A stretch of DNA of 63,913 nucleotides. Source: a virus. Under the pieces are notes generated by a model, which saw only the letters and a list, made by a program, of their open reading frames with translations, was not told where the DNA came from and ran no database searches. Each line of letters opens with the position of its first letter. Positions within the stretch are counted from its first letter, which is position 1. Where the stretch lies: positions 1 to 63,913 of the IMG/VR virus record IMGVR_UViG_3300048918_000192, one strand, 5' to 3'. The translations under genes and the position numbers were made by a program. Positions 1-10,408 of the stretch are shown here, in pieces.

Positions 1-127
1 GGATCGACCCGCGGAGCTAGTGCTCAGGAGGCTTTGTCTCAAGGTCTTGCCGCGCTGCAACAGAAGAAGCCTGGCGAGCCAATTTACGTCTCGAACACGG
101 CAAAGCACATTGGCGACCTTGATAGGG
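1..127. repeat. Terminal direct repeat, copy A (identical to 63787..63913)
   Basis: Compared base by base with the last 127 nt and found identical. An ORF runs in frame across the junction. Confidence 0.95.
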
Positions 128-222
128 GCTCGAGCGCACAATTCGCTGGAGGGTTCTTACCGAGGGCCTTGATTGTCTTCCGCGAAGCTGCTACGGTGGC
201 TCTATCGCGGTTAGCGAAGTAG
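1..222 (+). CDS. 3' part of the wrap-around gene that starts at 63568 (HK97 gp10-like neck/tail-completion protein)
   Basis: The frame of ORF 34..222 is continuous with 63568..63913 through the repeat (63820-63568 = 252). The joined product is about 146 aa and stops at 220-222. Confidence 0.6.
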   Translation, partial: GSTRGASAQEALSQGLAALQQKKPGEPIYVSNTAKHIGDLDRGSSAQFAGGFLPRALIVFREAATVALSRLAK

Positions 223-231
223 GGGGAGCGG

Positions 232-3057
232 GTGGCCGAAGAACGGATTGACGTAGTAGTCACCGATGGCGTTGACTCCTCCGTTGAGAAGAAGATCCTC
301 GGAATTGCTCAGGCGGCAGAGAAGGGTGAAACCTACCTCAACCGTCTGAAAGCGGCATTGGCTTCTGTCAATTCTACCGCCGTTGACCGTCTGGCCGCAG
401 CCATGGCAAAGGCTGATAACGCCCAAGCTGCTCTTATCAACGCTCAGGCACGTTTGACGAATGCGCAGAATGCGGGTTCGGTCGCAGCCGAGAAGGTGGC
501 GCTCGCACAACAGAAGATAGCTACGGAGGCCGCGCGTACCGAGGCAGCACAGCAGCGCGCCGCTGCCGCCAGTAGTGCGGCGGCGCTCGCGGCTCAGCGG
601 CTACAGGCGGCGGCAGGGGCCGTTACGGGTGCATCCGCGGGGGCAGCTAACAGCCAGCAGCAGCTAGCCAGCGCTACAGCGGCATCCGGTTCCGCGGCAG
701 GGGGAGCTGGAAATCAATGGCGGGCGTACATCAACACGATGACGCAAGCTAACAATCAAGCACAGACTCTTGCTGGAGGAACGACTCGCGTCGTAGGGGG
801 ATTGAACCAAACTACCGGCGCGCATCAGAACTACCAGCGAGCTGCTCGTCAGACGACGGCGGTGAACGCCAATATCATCGCTCAGATCCAGGATATCGGT
901 GTCTCGCTCGCAGGCGGGCAGAACCCTCTGCTTGTGGCCATCCAACAGGGCTCTCAGCTGAGTTATATCGCCTCGACTATGAACGGCGGTATGAAGGCGC
1001 TCATTCTGACGATCGGCAAGATGGCGCTTGCGTGGGCGCCTGTGATTGTTGCGGTCGGCGCTGCTTACTTGGCGTTTCGGTCGTTTACGAACGCGCTCAA
1101 CGATACCGCTGCCAACGACAAGTTTGTCAAGAGCTTGGGGCTCACGCACAAGGAAATCAAGAAGCTCGGCGACACGTCCATCACTATGGGCGATACCATC
1201 AAAGCCACGTTCCAAGTGCTCGGTGAGAACATCCTTGCTTCGCTGGGCCTGAACATGAAGGAGGTCGGCACCATTTGGCAGAACGTCACAACGACCGTCC
1301 TCAAGTATGCGGTCGCGGCGTTCCTTGGCATCGGTGCCGCGGCAGTGACCCTAGTTAAGTGGATTGCAGTCACTGGCTCCAACATCGGAAAGATCTTCTA
1401 TAACGCTGGTATCGCAGCCGCGAACCTGTTCCTGATGGGTATTCAGCTTCTTGTCAACGGTACAGCGAAAGCGATGAATGCTATCGGCGGCTTCATTAAC
1501 AACCTGTCGAACAAGGCGGGTCTAGGTGACGTCGTTGGCAAGTTCGATGAGATTAACCTCGGTGTCAAGGGTGTTACCGACGGGATGCTAAAGCTCGACA
1601 GCATCGACCTGGGCGGTGAGTTCAAGCAGGGGTTGGAGAACGGTCTCAACACGCTGAAGCGTATCCGTGCCCAAGCACAGGTCAACCACGACGAAAGGCT
1701 TCGGCAGAAAGCAAAAGAGATTATTGCCGACCGTCCGGAGAAGAAGCCGAAGAAGCCGAAGGTTGACCACACGGCTGAGAACCGTGCTCATGCAATCGAC
1801 CAAGTCAACCTCAAGCTGGACGACGAGCTGTCGCGCATGAAGATGCTGAAGGACGCGCGCGAAATCCAGCAGCGGATGGACCAAATCGAAGAGAGCCTTG
1901 CGCAGAAGAAAATCCATCTTACTGACAAGGAGCGGGAAGCTATTCTCGCTAAGGTCACTGCGATCGAGAAGTTCAAGTACGTCCAAGCTGAAATGGATCG
2001 GATCTACGAAGCAGCTATCGAACCGCAACGGACGTATGCAGCATCGATAGAAGCGATCAACATCTTGCTCGAAAAGCACGCGATCGACGCGCAACGTGCT
2101 TCGCAGGAACAGGTCCTAGCTTCGCGCAAGCTAGCCGAAGCAGTGAACCCGTTCTTCCAGCTCGAAGAGGGCATGACGGTCGCAACGAAGGCGGCGGGGC
2201 TGTACGGTATTGAGGTCGAACGGAACACCTATTACGAGTCGCTCCGTCAAGCAGCGCTCGCCAAGGGCATCGTGCTCGGGGTGAACTCCACTGCGGCGGT
2301 TGACGCGCAAACGGCGGCACTGATGAAGCAGAACGACGCATTGCTTCAGCAGCAGTACATCCAGTCGCAGGTTAGCACCATCGTTAACCCGTTGCTGGAT
2401 GAGCAGCGCTTGCTCGATAACAAAGCGAACTTCTATGCTGAGATCGAACGACTCCGCCAAACCGACGTCCTTAGCGAGGAGCAAGCTCAGCGGGCCAAGT
2501 ATGCGCTCGACGCTAAGTTCAGCGAGATGCGGTTGCAGGGCGCGTCCCAGTTCTTCGGCACCCTTGCCCAGCTGAGCTCGAGCGGCAACAAGAAGCTCGC
2601 CATGATTGGCAAGGCGGCAGCTATTGCGCAGACCACGATTGACGGTATCGTCGCGGTTCAGAAGGCACTCGCTAGCGGTCCGCCGCCGTGGAACATGATT
2701 AACGCTGCGGCCATCGCTGCCATGACAGGTGCAAACGTCGCGCGCATCATCTCGACGCCTGCGGGTAACTTCGCAACCGGCGGCCAGTTTATGGTCGAGG
2801 GTCGTAGCGGCGTGGATGCGAACAACATTAACATGAACGTGACGCGCGGCGAGCGGGTGACGGTGGAGACGCCGGCACAACAGCGAGCTAACGATTCACC
2901 GTCAGGGAACGGGGCGCCCGCTCCTGTGAACGTTAAGTCGATTACACTATTTGACCCGCGGCACATGCTAGACGCTATGAACACGTCCGAAGGTGAGCAG
3001 GTCTTTATCTCTGTCATTGAACGCCGCGCGTCGGAAATCTCGAGGATACTGGGCTAA
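232..3057 (+). CDS. Tail tape measure protein
   Basis: 941 aa with a GTG start just after GGGGGAG. It has an Ala/Gln-rich coiled-coil N-terminus, a Gly/Ala-rich hydrophobic central block and long heptad-like regions. It lies downstream of the frameshifted chaperone pair. Confidence 0.85.
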   Translation: MAEERIDVVVTDGVDSSVEKKILGIAQAAEKGETYLNRLKAALASVNSTAVDRLAAAMAKADNAQAALINAQARLTNAQNAGSVAAEKVALAQQKIATEAARTEAAQQRAAAASSAAALAAQRLQAAAGAVTGASAGAANSQQQLASATAASGSAAGGAGNQWRAYINTMTQANNQAQTLAGGTTRVVGGLNQTTGAHQNYQRAARQTTAVNANIIAQIQDIGVSLAGGQNPLLVAIQQGSQLSYIASTMNGGMKALILTIGKMALAWAPVIVAVGAAYLAFRSFTNALNDTAANDKFVKSLGLTHKEIKKLGDTSITMGDTIKATFQVLGENILASLGLNMKEVGTIWQNVTTTVLKYAVAAFLGIGAAAVTLVKWIAVTGSNIGKIFYNAGIAAANLFLMGIQLLVNGTAKAMNAIGGFINNLSNKAGLGDVVGKFDEINLGVKGVTDGMLKLDSIDLGGEFKQGLENGLNTLKRIRAQAQVNHDERLRQKAKEIIADRPEKKPKKPKVDHTAENRAHAIDQVNLKLDDELSRMKMLKDAREIQQRMDQIEESLAQKKIHLTDKEREAILAKVTAIEKFKYVQAEMDRIYEAAIEPQRTYAASIEAINILLEKHAIDAQRASQEQVLASRKLAEAVNPFFQLEEGMTVATKAAGLYGIEVERNTYYESLRQAALAKGIVLGVNSTAAVDAQTAALMKQNDALLQQQYIQSQVSTIVNPLLDEQRLLDNKANFYAEIERLRQTDVLSEEQAQRAKYALDAKFSEMRLQGASQFFGTLAQLSSSGNKKLAMIGKAAAIAQTTIDGIVAVQKALASGPPPWNMINAAAIAAMTGANVARIISTPAGNFATGGQFMVEGRSGVDANNINMNVTRGERVTVETPAQQRANDSPSGNGAPAPVNVKSITLFDPRHMLDAMNTSEGEQVFISVIERRASEISRILG

Positions 3058-3989
3058 TGGCTTTTACGACCGGAACTGCAACCGACTACCACGACCTCCT
3101 CGACAAGCTGCGGGCGTATCTGCTTGCACAGGGTTGGACGATTGATTCGTACGCTGCTGGCGCTACGATTACAGATCCGTCTACTCTGCTTGTCACAGCG
3201 CCTGGCAATGTCGGTGGGCAGCAACCGAAGATCGGTATCCAGACGGACTGCAACACGATCACGAACGCTTATGCGTGGAAGATCGGAGCTTATCCGCAAT
3301 ACGATTCCAGCCGTGCGTTCGGAACGCAGGACGAGAACAGCCCTCTTATTTACTACAACATTTGGCAGAACACAATCGACTATTGGTTCTACGTGAACGA
3401 CACGCGATTCATTGTGATCGCGAAGCTCGGAACGTACTACGTCTCTTGCTACGCGGGATTTTTCCTGCCCTATGCGCTGCCGGCGGAGTATCCGTACCCG
3501 TATTACATTGGCGCGACCTACAATACGCTTCAGCCGTACAACTTGAACAATTCGGGTATGCGGTCGTTCTGCGACCCTGGCACTGGTGCAGCGTACTATA
3601 TGAACCGTTCTGCTTTGACGTGGGAGCAGGTTGCAAACTCGTTCCAAGAGGTCAACTCGGACGATGCTTACGGTCCATTTGAAGGTGGACGGATTTGGCC
3701 TTATGGCCAGACTCGCAGCAACTCGACAGAATCGGCGCTGCAAGATATGAGCGTTGGCTTCTTCTATTGTATGCGCCCACCTGTTGGCGGTAAGATGCCG
3801 ATGTACCAATGCCAGATCATGGATTCGCACTATCGCGTCATTTCGGGCGCGCTGGATGGCGTCTTTGCTGTGCCAGGGTTCAACCGCGTATCTGAGCAGA
3901 CCATTGTCGAGGGTGCGGTAACGTACCGCCTATTCATTCAACAGAACCGGAACACCCCGAAGGGGTTCTTTGCAGTCGAGGAAGCATAA
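3057..3989 (+). CDS. Tail-tip structural protein, paralog 1 (function unknown)
   Basis: 310 aa with a TAATG overlap onto the tape measure gene. The N-terminal ATDYHDLLDKLRAYLLAQGW and a central W[FY][FY]x[ND]D...FG block are shared with 3993..5051 and 10882..11997. Confidence 0.6.
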   Translation: MAFTTGTATDYHDLLDKLRAYLLAQGWTIDSYAAGATITDPSTLLVTAPGNVGGQQPKIGIQTDCNTITNAYAWKIGAYPQYDSSRAFGTQDENSPLIYYNIWQNTIDYWFYVNDTRFIVIAKLGTYYVSCYAGFFLPYALPAEYPYPYYIGATYNTLQPYNLNNSGMRSFCDPGTGAAYYMNRSALTWEQVANSFQEVNSDDAYGPFEGGRIWPYGQTRSNSTESALQDMSVGFFYCMRPPVGGKMPMYQCQIMDSHYRVISGALDGVFAVPGFNRVSEQTIVEGAVTYRLFIQQNRNTPKGFFAVEEA

Positions 3990-3992
3990 GCG

Positions 3993-5051
3993 ATGCAGTT
4001 TCTTCAAACTAACGCAACCGACCTAAACGGGCTGCTCATCGCGATGCGGAACTTCCTTACCGCTAACGGATGGACTACGTTAGCAGACGGTACGGGCGGC
4101 GGCGGACTCACGCTCGAAATGACCAACGCGAACGGGCATGATTTCCAATTTACGTCGTCTACTAACGCGGCAACCGTTTACGTCGGTGTCGGCGGAACAG
4201 GGTCTGCGTTCAACGATCGTTTGCTCAAGTGCGCGTTCCAGAAAGCGGATATCGGTCTATCAGCTGGCTATACTGCTAAGCCTGCTATCACGAACGACAT
4301 GGCTGGGCCGTTTCCGAACATCTGGTTCTTCACTGACGATGCGGCTACTTATTGTCATGTGGTCATGCAGACTGGCAACGCTCGATACAACCACTTCAGC
4401 TTCGGCAACGTCGACAACAAGGGTCTCCACGCGGTCAATCTTCCGTATGCGTTTGGTTGCTATCACATCTGGTGGCAGTGGAACCCGTACTTCACGGGCA
4501 ACAGCGCTGACGCTTGCGCCTTCACGGACTTTAGTGCGGGCTCGCACAATATCGGCTTCTACTGTGAGGAGCAAAATAGCGAGGATATCAATTTCGCTGG
4601 CACGGCTGCTCGTATAGGTCTGCCTGACGGTGTTGTCGATCCGACGCTTGGCTTCACCGACGGTCCACTTGAAGCGGCTCTACTGCGGCAGACAATGACG
4701 CGGTACTGCGTCCAGACTATCCCAGGCGATAGCGCGGGGCTTGCACTCGACTTCCTCGACTATTACGATAACCAAGGGTACACCGGAGGAGTTCCAATCT
4801 TCCCTGTGCCTCTTGTGGTTCGCAACATCGCAGGCACTGTTCACACGCAAGTAGGAGAGTGGCCCGGTATCGGCAGCGTCAACGTTGACGGTCTATCTCC
4901 TAGCCAGGAGCTGGACTTTGCGGGTGAAGTTTGGATGGTGTTCCCTATCAAGCAGAAGGGAACATACGCTGCCAAGAACAATGGAGCTAATCCAGCACCC
5001 TTTACGAATACCCTCAATTATGGCATCGCTGTCAAGAAAGTGGATGCGTGA
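3993..5051 (+). CDS. Tail-tip structural protein, paralog 2 (function unknown)
   Basis: 352 aa. The N-terminal NATDLNGLLIAMRNFLTANGW and the block NIWFFTDDAATYCHVV...FSFGN parallel the upstream gene. Confidence 0.6.
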   Translation: MQFLQTNATDLNGLLIAMRNFLTANGWTTLADGTGGGGLTLEMTNANGHDFQFTSSTNAATVYVGVGGTGSAFNDRLLKCAFQKADIGLSAGYTAKPAITNDMAGPFPNIWFFTDDAATYCHVVMQTGNARYNHFSFGNVDNKGLHAVNLPYAFGCYHIWWQWNPYFTGNSADACAFTDFSAGSHNIGFYCEEQNSEDINFAGTAARIGLPDGVVDPTLGFTDGPLEAALLRQTMTRYCVQTIPGDSAGLALDFLDYYDNQGYTGGVPIFPVPLVVRNIAGTVHTQVGEWPGIGSVNVDGLSPSQELDFAGEVWMVFPIKQKGTYAAKNNGANPAPFTNTLNYGIAVKKVDA

Positions 5052-6712
5052 TACTAGGACCCATTGGAGCCGACCGTGGCACGACTGAAGCGCTAAAGAC
5101 AGGTCTCCTGTCAGGCGGGTCTGTAGCCGTACCCGAAACGCTCTCGGAGATCCTTGTAGCGGCTGACGATGCAATCGCAACGCCATCCCATTACATCTTG
5201 CCTGCTAGCACAGGTTCCGTCCTACGCGCTTTTGCAGACATCTTCTATTTCCGCATCTGGCCACTGCCGTCGGTGCTCGACGTGCAGAACCCGAAACGGG
5301 GCGTACCGATTCCGTTCCAACTCTGGAATGCATTCCTCGGACCCGAAACGCTTAACGTTATCACGCCAACGAACGCTGACGGCCTTACGCTCGATATAAC
5401 CACAGGTGACGTCTTCGCTCGGTTGGAGATGCGTACCGTCCACGCTACCATCGGCGCGGATGCTCCGAACCAAATCGATGCGCTATTTAACTTCGCGTTT
5501 GACGATGACGATGCAACTCTCCGCTTCCTCGCATTGCTGGCAGAAATCCTGCCTATCTTTGCTGAAGACCAGATCACCGAGAAGCTGGAGTGGAAGACCG
5601 ACGTGCTTCAGAACTACGATGGTTCGGAGCAGCGCATTGCACTCCGGCAGCGCCCGCGTAGGCAGTTCATTATGGACTACACCCTCACGGACGAAGCGGA
5701 CAGGAAGCTCCTCTACGACAAGCTGTTTAAGACCTCGGGGCTGACGGTGGTGGCGCCCGCCTACCAATACCAGTCGCGCTTGAAAGTCAGTACCGTCATC
5801 GGTGATAATAAGCTGTACACGAACACTCGTCGCGCAGACCTTCGCGCAGGTGAGAGCGTCCTTATCACAACCAAGGACGATGTTCACTTCCTTTACACCA
5901 TCGACCAAGTCTTTGCCGACTACGTTACCATCACGACAGCCTTCTCACAGGTTATCAAGAAGGGTGCAATCGTATGCGGAGCGTTTGACGGGCGTTACCC
6001 GAATAAGTCGGGACTAGGTATGATGGCGCTGGGCGGTCACGCTCAGCTGTCAGTCCTGCTAAGCAACCCTCGGCCGCAAGTGTCTTGGCCGGATGTAACG
6101 ATTCCCATTCCAACCTTCAACAGTAAGCCTCTGCTCCTGCGTCGTCCGCTTGCGGATGAGGAGGCAAAGGAGAATTTTGATGTCGGCCTCGACACCATCG
6201 ACAACGAGACCGGAAAGCCAGCGTACTACACATCATGGACGCAGCCGTTCATGGAGGGAGATCGCAAGTGGCTTATCCAAACTCTATTCGAACCCGACGA
6301 ACTGGAGTTCTGGCGTACCTTCCTCGACACGGTTAAGGGCAAGCAGAAGTCGTTCTACACTCCGACGTTTAGGCAGGACCTTGAGTGGGACGATTCGAAC
6401 CCTTTCCTAGTCGGTCAGATTCACGTCATGGGAACGGAGTACGCGACGCAATACTTCGGGAAACCCGCATACGACCAGCTTCAGATTGAAACTGACGTCG
6501 GCACCTTTGAGGTAGCTATCGATAATGTGGTCAACCTCGGTGATCGGACGCGCCTTAACTTCGTCACACCGATTCCGGTTGACGTCAGCACTGCGACCGT
6601 GCTACGCATCTCTTACTTGATGCTAGTCCGCCTGGGCGGGGATGAAGTCAGTCTAGTCCACTACCCGCTTTACTCGACTGTGAACGCGGCACTTAGGATG
6701 GCGGTTGCATAA
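5048..6712 (+). CDS. Distal tail protein-like (lambda gpM / RcGTA g12, DUF2460-like core)
   Basis: 554 aa with a GTGA overlap. LEWKTDVLQNYDGSEQRIALRQRPRRQF resembles the sGxEQR core of that family. It sits directly upstream of the BR0599-type gene. Confidence 0.5.
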   Translation: MILGPIGADRGTTEALKTGLLSGGSVAVPETLSEILVAADDAIATPSHYILPASTGSVLRAFADIFYFRIWPLPSVLDVQNPKRGVPIPFQLWNAFLGPETLNVITPTNADGLTLDITTGDVFARLEMRTVHATIGADAPNQIDALFNFAFDDDDATLRFLALLAEILPIFAEDQITEKLEWKTDVLQNYDGSEQRIALRQRPRRQFIMDYTLTDEADRKLLYDKLFKTSGLTVVAPAYQYQSRLKVSTVIGDNKLYTNTRRADLRAGESVLITTKDDVHFLYTIDQVFADYVTITTAFSQVIKKGAIVCGAFDGRYPNKSGLGMMALGGHAQLSVLLSNPRPQVSWPDVTIPIPTFNSKPLLLRRPLADEEAKENFDVGLDTIDNETGKPAYYTSWTQPFMEGDRKWLIQTLFEPDELEFWRTFLDTVKGKQKSFYTPTFRQDLEWDDSNPFLVGQIHVMGTEYATQYFGKPAYDQLQIETDVGTFEVAIDNVVNLGDRTRLNFVTPIPVDVSTATVLRISYLMLVRLGGDEVSLVHYPLYSTVNAALRMAVA

Positions 6713-7521
6713 TGCCGACTTACGACGACAATGAAACTTCTGTTCAAGATAGTACCCCTATCGAGCTGTACAAGTTCGTCGGCAGCTTCAAGAACTACTT
6801 ATACACGTCGTCTGACCAAGTAGAGCTGTTCGCGGGAGAGTTTTATCAGCCTATTGCTGTAACTCGTTCGCGGGTGAAGGCGGGTACGCAAGAAGATACG
6901 AACCTGTCGCTCGATCTGGACATTCCATTTGATACGGATGTTGTGAAGGACTATGCGTTCTCCAACGTACCGCCGAAGCTCGAGCTCACCGTGTACCGGA
7001 AGCAGCCCGATGACACGTTCGCCACGTTCTGGACGGGATTGGTTCGCGGGCTGGAGGTATCCGACCGTACAGGTAAGGTGAAGGTGCCTTCTATCTTCAG
7101 CCTAGCGCTGTCGGGCGAGTGCCCCAACGTTCATTATCAGGTGCCGTGCAATCACGTCCTCTATGATAACCACTGCCAAGTTTCGCGGGTCGCGAATACG
7201 TTCACCGAACACGTCCAAGCTATCAGCGGATCTGAAATCTCGCTTGTCGGTGTCCCCTCCACGACCAACGACCTTCGCGGCGGTGAGATTATCAATACTC
7301 GCAACGGTGAACGTCGACTTATATTGACAAACGTCGGCACTCTCGTTAGTGTTGGATATGCCTTTGCTGATCTTCAGGTCGGCGATGAGGTTGAGCTCGC
7401 TAGGGGTTGCAACCATCTAGGGCGGACGGGGGACTGCAAGTTGAAGTTCAACAACTACATCAACTATGGCGGATTCGAAGATATCCCACCGGAGAATCCC
7501 TTCAGCGGTGAGCTCGTCTAG
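6712..7521 (+). CDS. Tail tip protein, DUF2163 / 'phage BR0599' family (lambda gpL / RcGTA g13-like)
   Basis: 269 aa. The C-terminal GDCKLKFNNYINYGGFEDIP matches the Cys...NFGGFP signature of the family. The gene order also fits. Confidence 0.7.
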   Translation: MPTYDDNETSVQDSTPIELYKFVGSFKNYLYTSSDQVELFAGEFYQPIAVTRSRVKAGTQEDTNLSLDLDIPFDTDVVKDYAFSNVPPKLELTVYRKQPDDTFATFWTGLVRGLEVSDRTGKVKVPSIFSLALSGECPNVHYQVPCNHVLYDNHCQVSRVANTFTEHVQAISGSEISLVGVPSTTNDLRGGEIINTRNGERRLILTNVGTLVSVGYAFADLQVGDEVELARGCNHLGRTGDCKLKFNNYINYGGFEDIPPENPFSGELV

Positions 7522-10394
7522 TGCCTTGGTTTATCATCGCTGCCTTTGTTGTCGGCCTTATCGCGTCGCTGTTCCTTGCGCCGAAGCCCAAGCTCGAGAA
7601 CGCTCGCGCGTCCACCTTATCGGACCTTAACTTTCCTCGCGCCAAGGAAGGCGACCCAAAGCCCTGGATCATCGGTAAGATCCGAAATAAGGGACCGAAC
7701 ACACTTTGGGCAGGAGACTTCGAGGCTCGACCAATCAAGAAGAAGGTTAAGACTGGCCTCTTCACTTCCAAGAAGCAGATTGTCGGATATAACTACCTTG
7801 TCGGTCTCGTCATGGACTGGGGCTTAGGCCCTGGCGTAACGCTTCATAAGATTTGGAGCGCCAAAGACGTCCTGTGGTCGGGTACAGCTACCGCCGACGG
7901 TACGATCATCGATGTCAATAAGCCAGACCTTTACGGTGGCAAGGAGAAGGGCGGCGGGTTCGTTGGTCGCATCCGTTATTACAGTGGCAGCTTCACGCAG
8001 GGCATCAACGCTTACTATCAGTCCAAGCAAGGTAGCGGCGACGTTCCCGCCTACCGTGGCAGCATTATCACAGTGTTCGAGCACGTCAATGTCGGCGAGC
8101 AGAATACCATCCGCGAGATCTCCGCTGAGCTGTCCCGCTACCCGAACGGGCTTGGGCTTGCTGGCGGCAAACACATCGTCGGCGAAGACGCTAATCCGAT
8201 GGAAGCGCTCTATCAGCTGTTCACCGCGGATTGGGGCGGGCTTGACGTCTCGCCGGCGATGCTCGATCTCGATAGCATGATTGACTGCGGAAACACGTTG
8301 TTCGATGAAGGCAACGGCATCTCGCTAATCATTTCCAATCCGAACGACGGCAAGGGTGTCGCGACCGAGATCCTCCGTCAAATAAATGCTATCATGTACA
8401 ACGATCCGGAGACGGGCAAAATCGTTGTGAAGCTCATCCGCGACGACTTCGGTGATATCGACTTGCTCCCGCACTTTAACGAGAGCAACATTCTTGGTAT
8501 CCGGTCCTTCACGCGCAAGCTGTGGGAAGATACGATTAACGTCGTGCGCGTCACGTACACGAATCGTGATAAGCTGTATGCGGATGGAACTGCCATGCAA
8601 CAGGACATGGCGAACATCGGTGCGCAAGGACGTCTCCGCCCGTCGACTGCCTCTTACCCTGGCATCACTACGGCTGTGCTGGCAAACTTCGTCTGTGCCC
8701 GCGACCTAGCTGTTGGCTCCGTTCCGCTTATGTCGGCTCAGATTGAGTGCAACCGTGAAGGGTCAAAGCTACGGCCGGGCGACCGCTTTGTGTGGTCATG
8801 GGGCCCGTATAACATCAACCAAGTAGTTATGCGAGTGACCACATTTGACCTCGGTTCGCTCACGGACAACCGCATCACGTGGAACTGCGTCCAAGATGAG
8901 TTTGCAATTAGCGACACCCTTATCGGTGACCCTGTCGGCAGCGGTACAAGTGTGAGCGGGCCTGGCTACGTCGCCAGCAGCGCAACAAATCGTATTGTCA
9001 AGGAAGTACCATTCTTCTTTGCAGCGGCAGCGGGTCTTGGACTTCCTGACAGTTCCTCGCTCTTGCTGGTCGCTGCGTCTGCGGCTACCGGCACTGACAG
9101 CATGGATATCTACACGTCCACGGACGCGGGCGTAACGTACAACGAATCGGCAGAAGGGCTGGTACTCACTCCGATCGGTACGCTTGGCACTGCTATCTCT
9201 GCTGTCGCCAACCTAGCAACGGGCGTTATCCCGTCGCTGAGCGTTACCATTGACCCAACGCTGGTCGATCAGAACACTGCGACGCTAGCTGCGAGCGGCG
9301 GTGGCATGTTCCTTATCGGAAACGAACTGTTCGTGTTTGAAACACGGACGACGGGCAGCGGGGTCGTTACCCTCAACAACGTATGGCGGTCGGTTCTCGA
9401 TACGTCACCGGCGGCACATGCCATCGGAGACGCTGTGTTCTTTATCACTGGCGATAACATCGTAGAAGATGCATTCCCTAACACGGCAACCGTTCGTGTC
9501 AAGATGCTGCCGAATATGTTCCAGAGCTCGCTTGACGAAGCTAGCGCACCTTTCGACTCGATCACGCTGAACAAGCGTTCTGCCCGTCCGCTACCGCCTG
9601 AGGCCATTAAGTTCGGCGCGGGGGCGTTCTTCGCTCCTCCCGCTGCGGCGACTGGTATCCAGACCATCACTTGGGCGAACCGTAGCAGGCTTGGCTCTAA
9701 GGTGCGGAAGATTATCGACCTCACTAACGAGTTCGAGCCCAATCAGCAGACTGTCATCCGTTACCGCATTGGCGCGGGTGCGTGGGTCGCTACGAACTTC
9801 GATCCGGGCATTACGACCGCCTCTATCGATACAGGTGTAACGGCCGGCACTCGCGAATGGCAGATCTATGCTGTTCGTGATGGACTGGAAAGCTGGGCGT
9901 CGTGGGGCTTTGTTGCGGGTGCTGCGGACGCAACGAGCACGTCACCGGATACCGGCGGAACTACGCCAGCGGATCCGGCTACGCCTGGCGGTCCGACTAC
10001 TCCGCCTGATCCTTACACGCCTCCGACCGATGCGGACATCACAACTGCGTCGCAGGTCTCGCTGGTCTTCCCATTCGGCGAGTTCGCTGGCACCTATGCT
10101 ATCGACCTGCCGATCACCTATCCGATCACCATTCCTGCGGGGCTGGTAGGTACGAACGTTGACCACAAGGCGAATCCGACCATTGTGCAGACGTTCACGT
10201 TGAAGAAGATTACTGCGCTCGGTACTGTCACGACGGTTGGAAGTGTTGCTATCAGCACTGGCGGGGTCTATACGTTGACAGCGGCTTCCGATATCGTGCT
10301 GGTCGCTGGTGATACCCTTTCGTGTCAGCCTCCGGCAGTTGAGGATACGGCGCTCAGGGGTGCTACCATCTCGGTCGCAGGTAGGAAGTCATAG
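7521..10394 (+). CDS. Central tail hub / host-specificity protein (lambda gpJ / RcGTA g15-like)
   Basis: 957 aa with a GTG overlapping the previous stop. It has an N-terminal hydrophobic helix and a gpJ-like block (VRVTYTNRDKLYADGTAMQQDMANI). It is the largest tip gene. Confidence 0.65.
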   Translation: MPWFIIAAFVVGLIASLFLAPKPKLENARASTLSDLNFPRAKEGDPKPWIIGKIRNKGPNTLWAGDFEARPIKKKVKTGLFTSKKQIVGYNYLVGLVMDWGLGPGVTLHKIWSAKDVLWSGTATADGTIIDVNKPDLYGGKEKGGGFVGRIRYYSGSFTQGINAYYQSKQGSGDVPAYRGSIITVFEHVNVGEQNTIREISAELSRYPNGLGLAGGKHIVGEDANPMEALYQLFTADWGGLDVSPAMLDLDSMIDCGNTLFDEGNGISLIISNPNDGKGVATEILRQINAIMYNDPETGKIVVKLIRDDFGDIDLLPHFNESNILGIRSFTRKLWEDTINVVRVTYTNRDKLYADGTAMQQDMANIGAQGRLRPSTASYPGITTAVLANFVCARDLAVGSVPLMSAQIECNREGSKLRPGDRFVWSWGPYNINQVVMRVTTFDLGSLTDNRITWNCVQDEFAISDTLIGDPVGSGTSVSGPGYVASSATNRIVKEVPFFFAAAAGLGLPDSSSLLLVAASAATGTDSMDIYTSTDAGVTYNESAEGLVLTPIGTLGTAISAVANLATGVIPSLSVTIDPTLVDQNTATLAASGGGMFLIGNELFVFETRTTGSGVVTLNNVWRSVLDTSPAAHAIGDAVFFITGDNIVEDAFPNTATVRVKMLPNMFQSSLDEASAPFDSITLNKRSARPLPPEAIKFGAGAFFAPPAAATGIQTITWANRSRLGSKVRKIIDLTNEFEPNQQTVIRYRIGAGAWVATNFDPGITTASIDTGVTAGTREWQIYAVRDGLESWASWGFVAGAADATSTSPDTGGTTPADPATPGGPTTPPDPYTPPTDADITTASQVSLVFPFGEFAGTYAIDLPITYPITIPAGLVGTNVDHKANPTIVQTFTLKKITALGTVTTVGSVAISTGGVYTLTAASDIVLVAGDTLSCQPPAVEDTALRGATISVAGRKS

Positions 10395-10408
10395 GGAGAT
10401 AGAGTATT

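Noticed and set aside
664-3017. Multiple 60-250 aa ORFs antisense to or out of frame with the tape measure gene
   Set aside because: These are typical spurious ORFs in GC-rich coding DNA. All are nested within the continuous 941-aa frame, and none has a translation signal.
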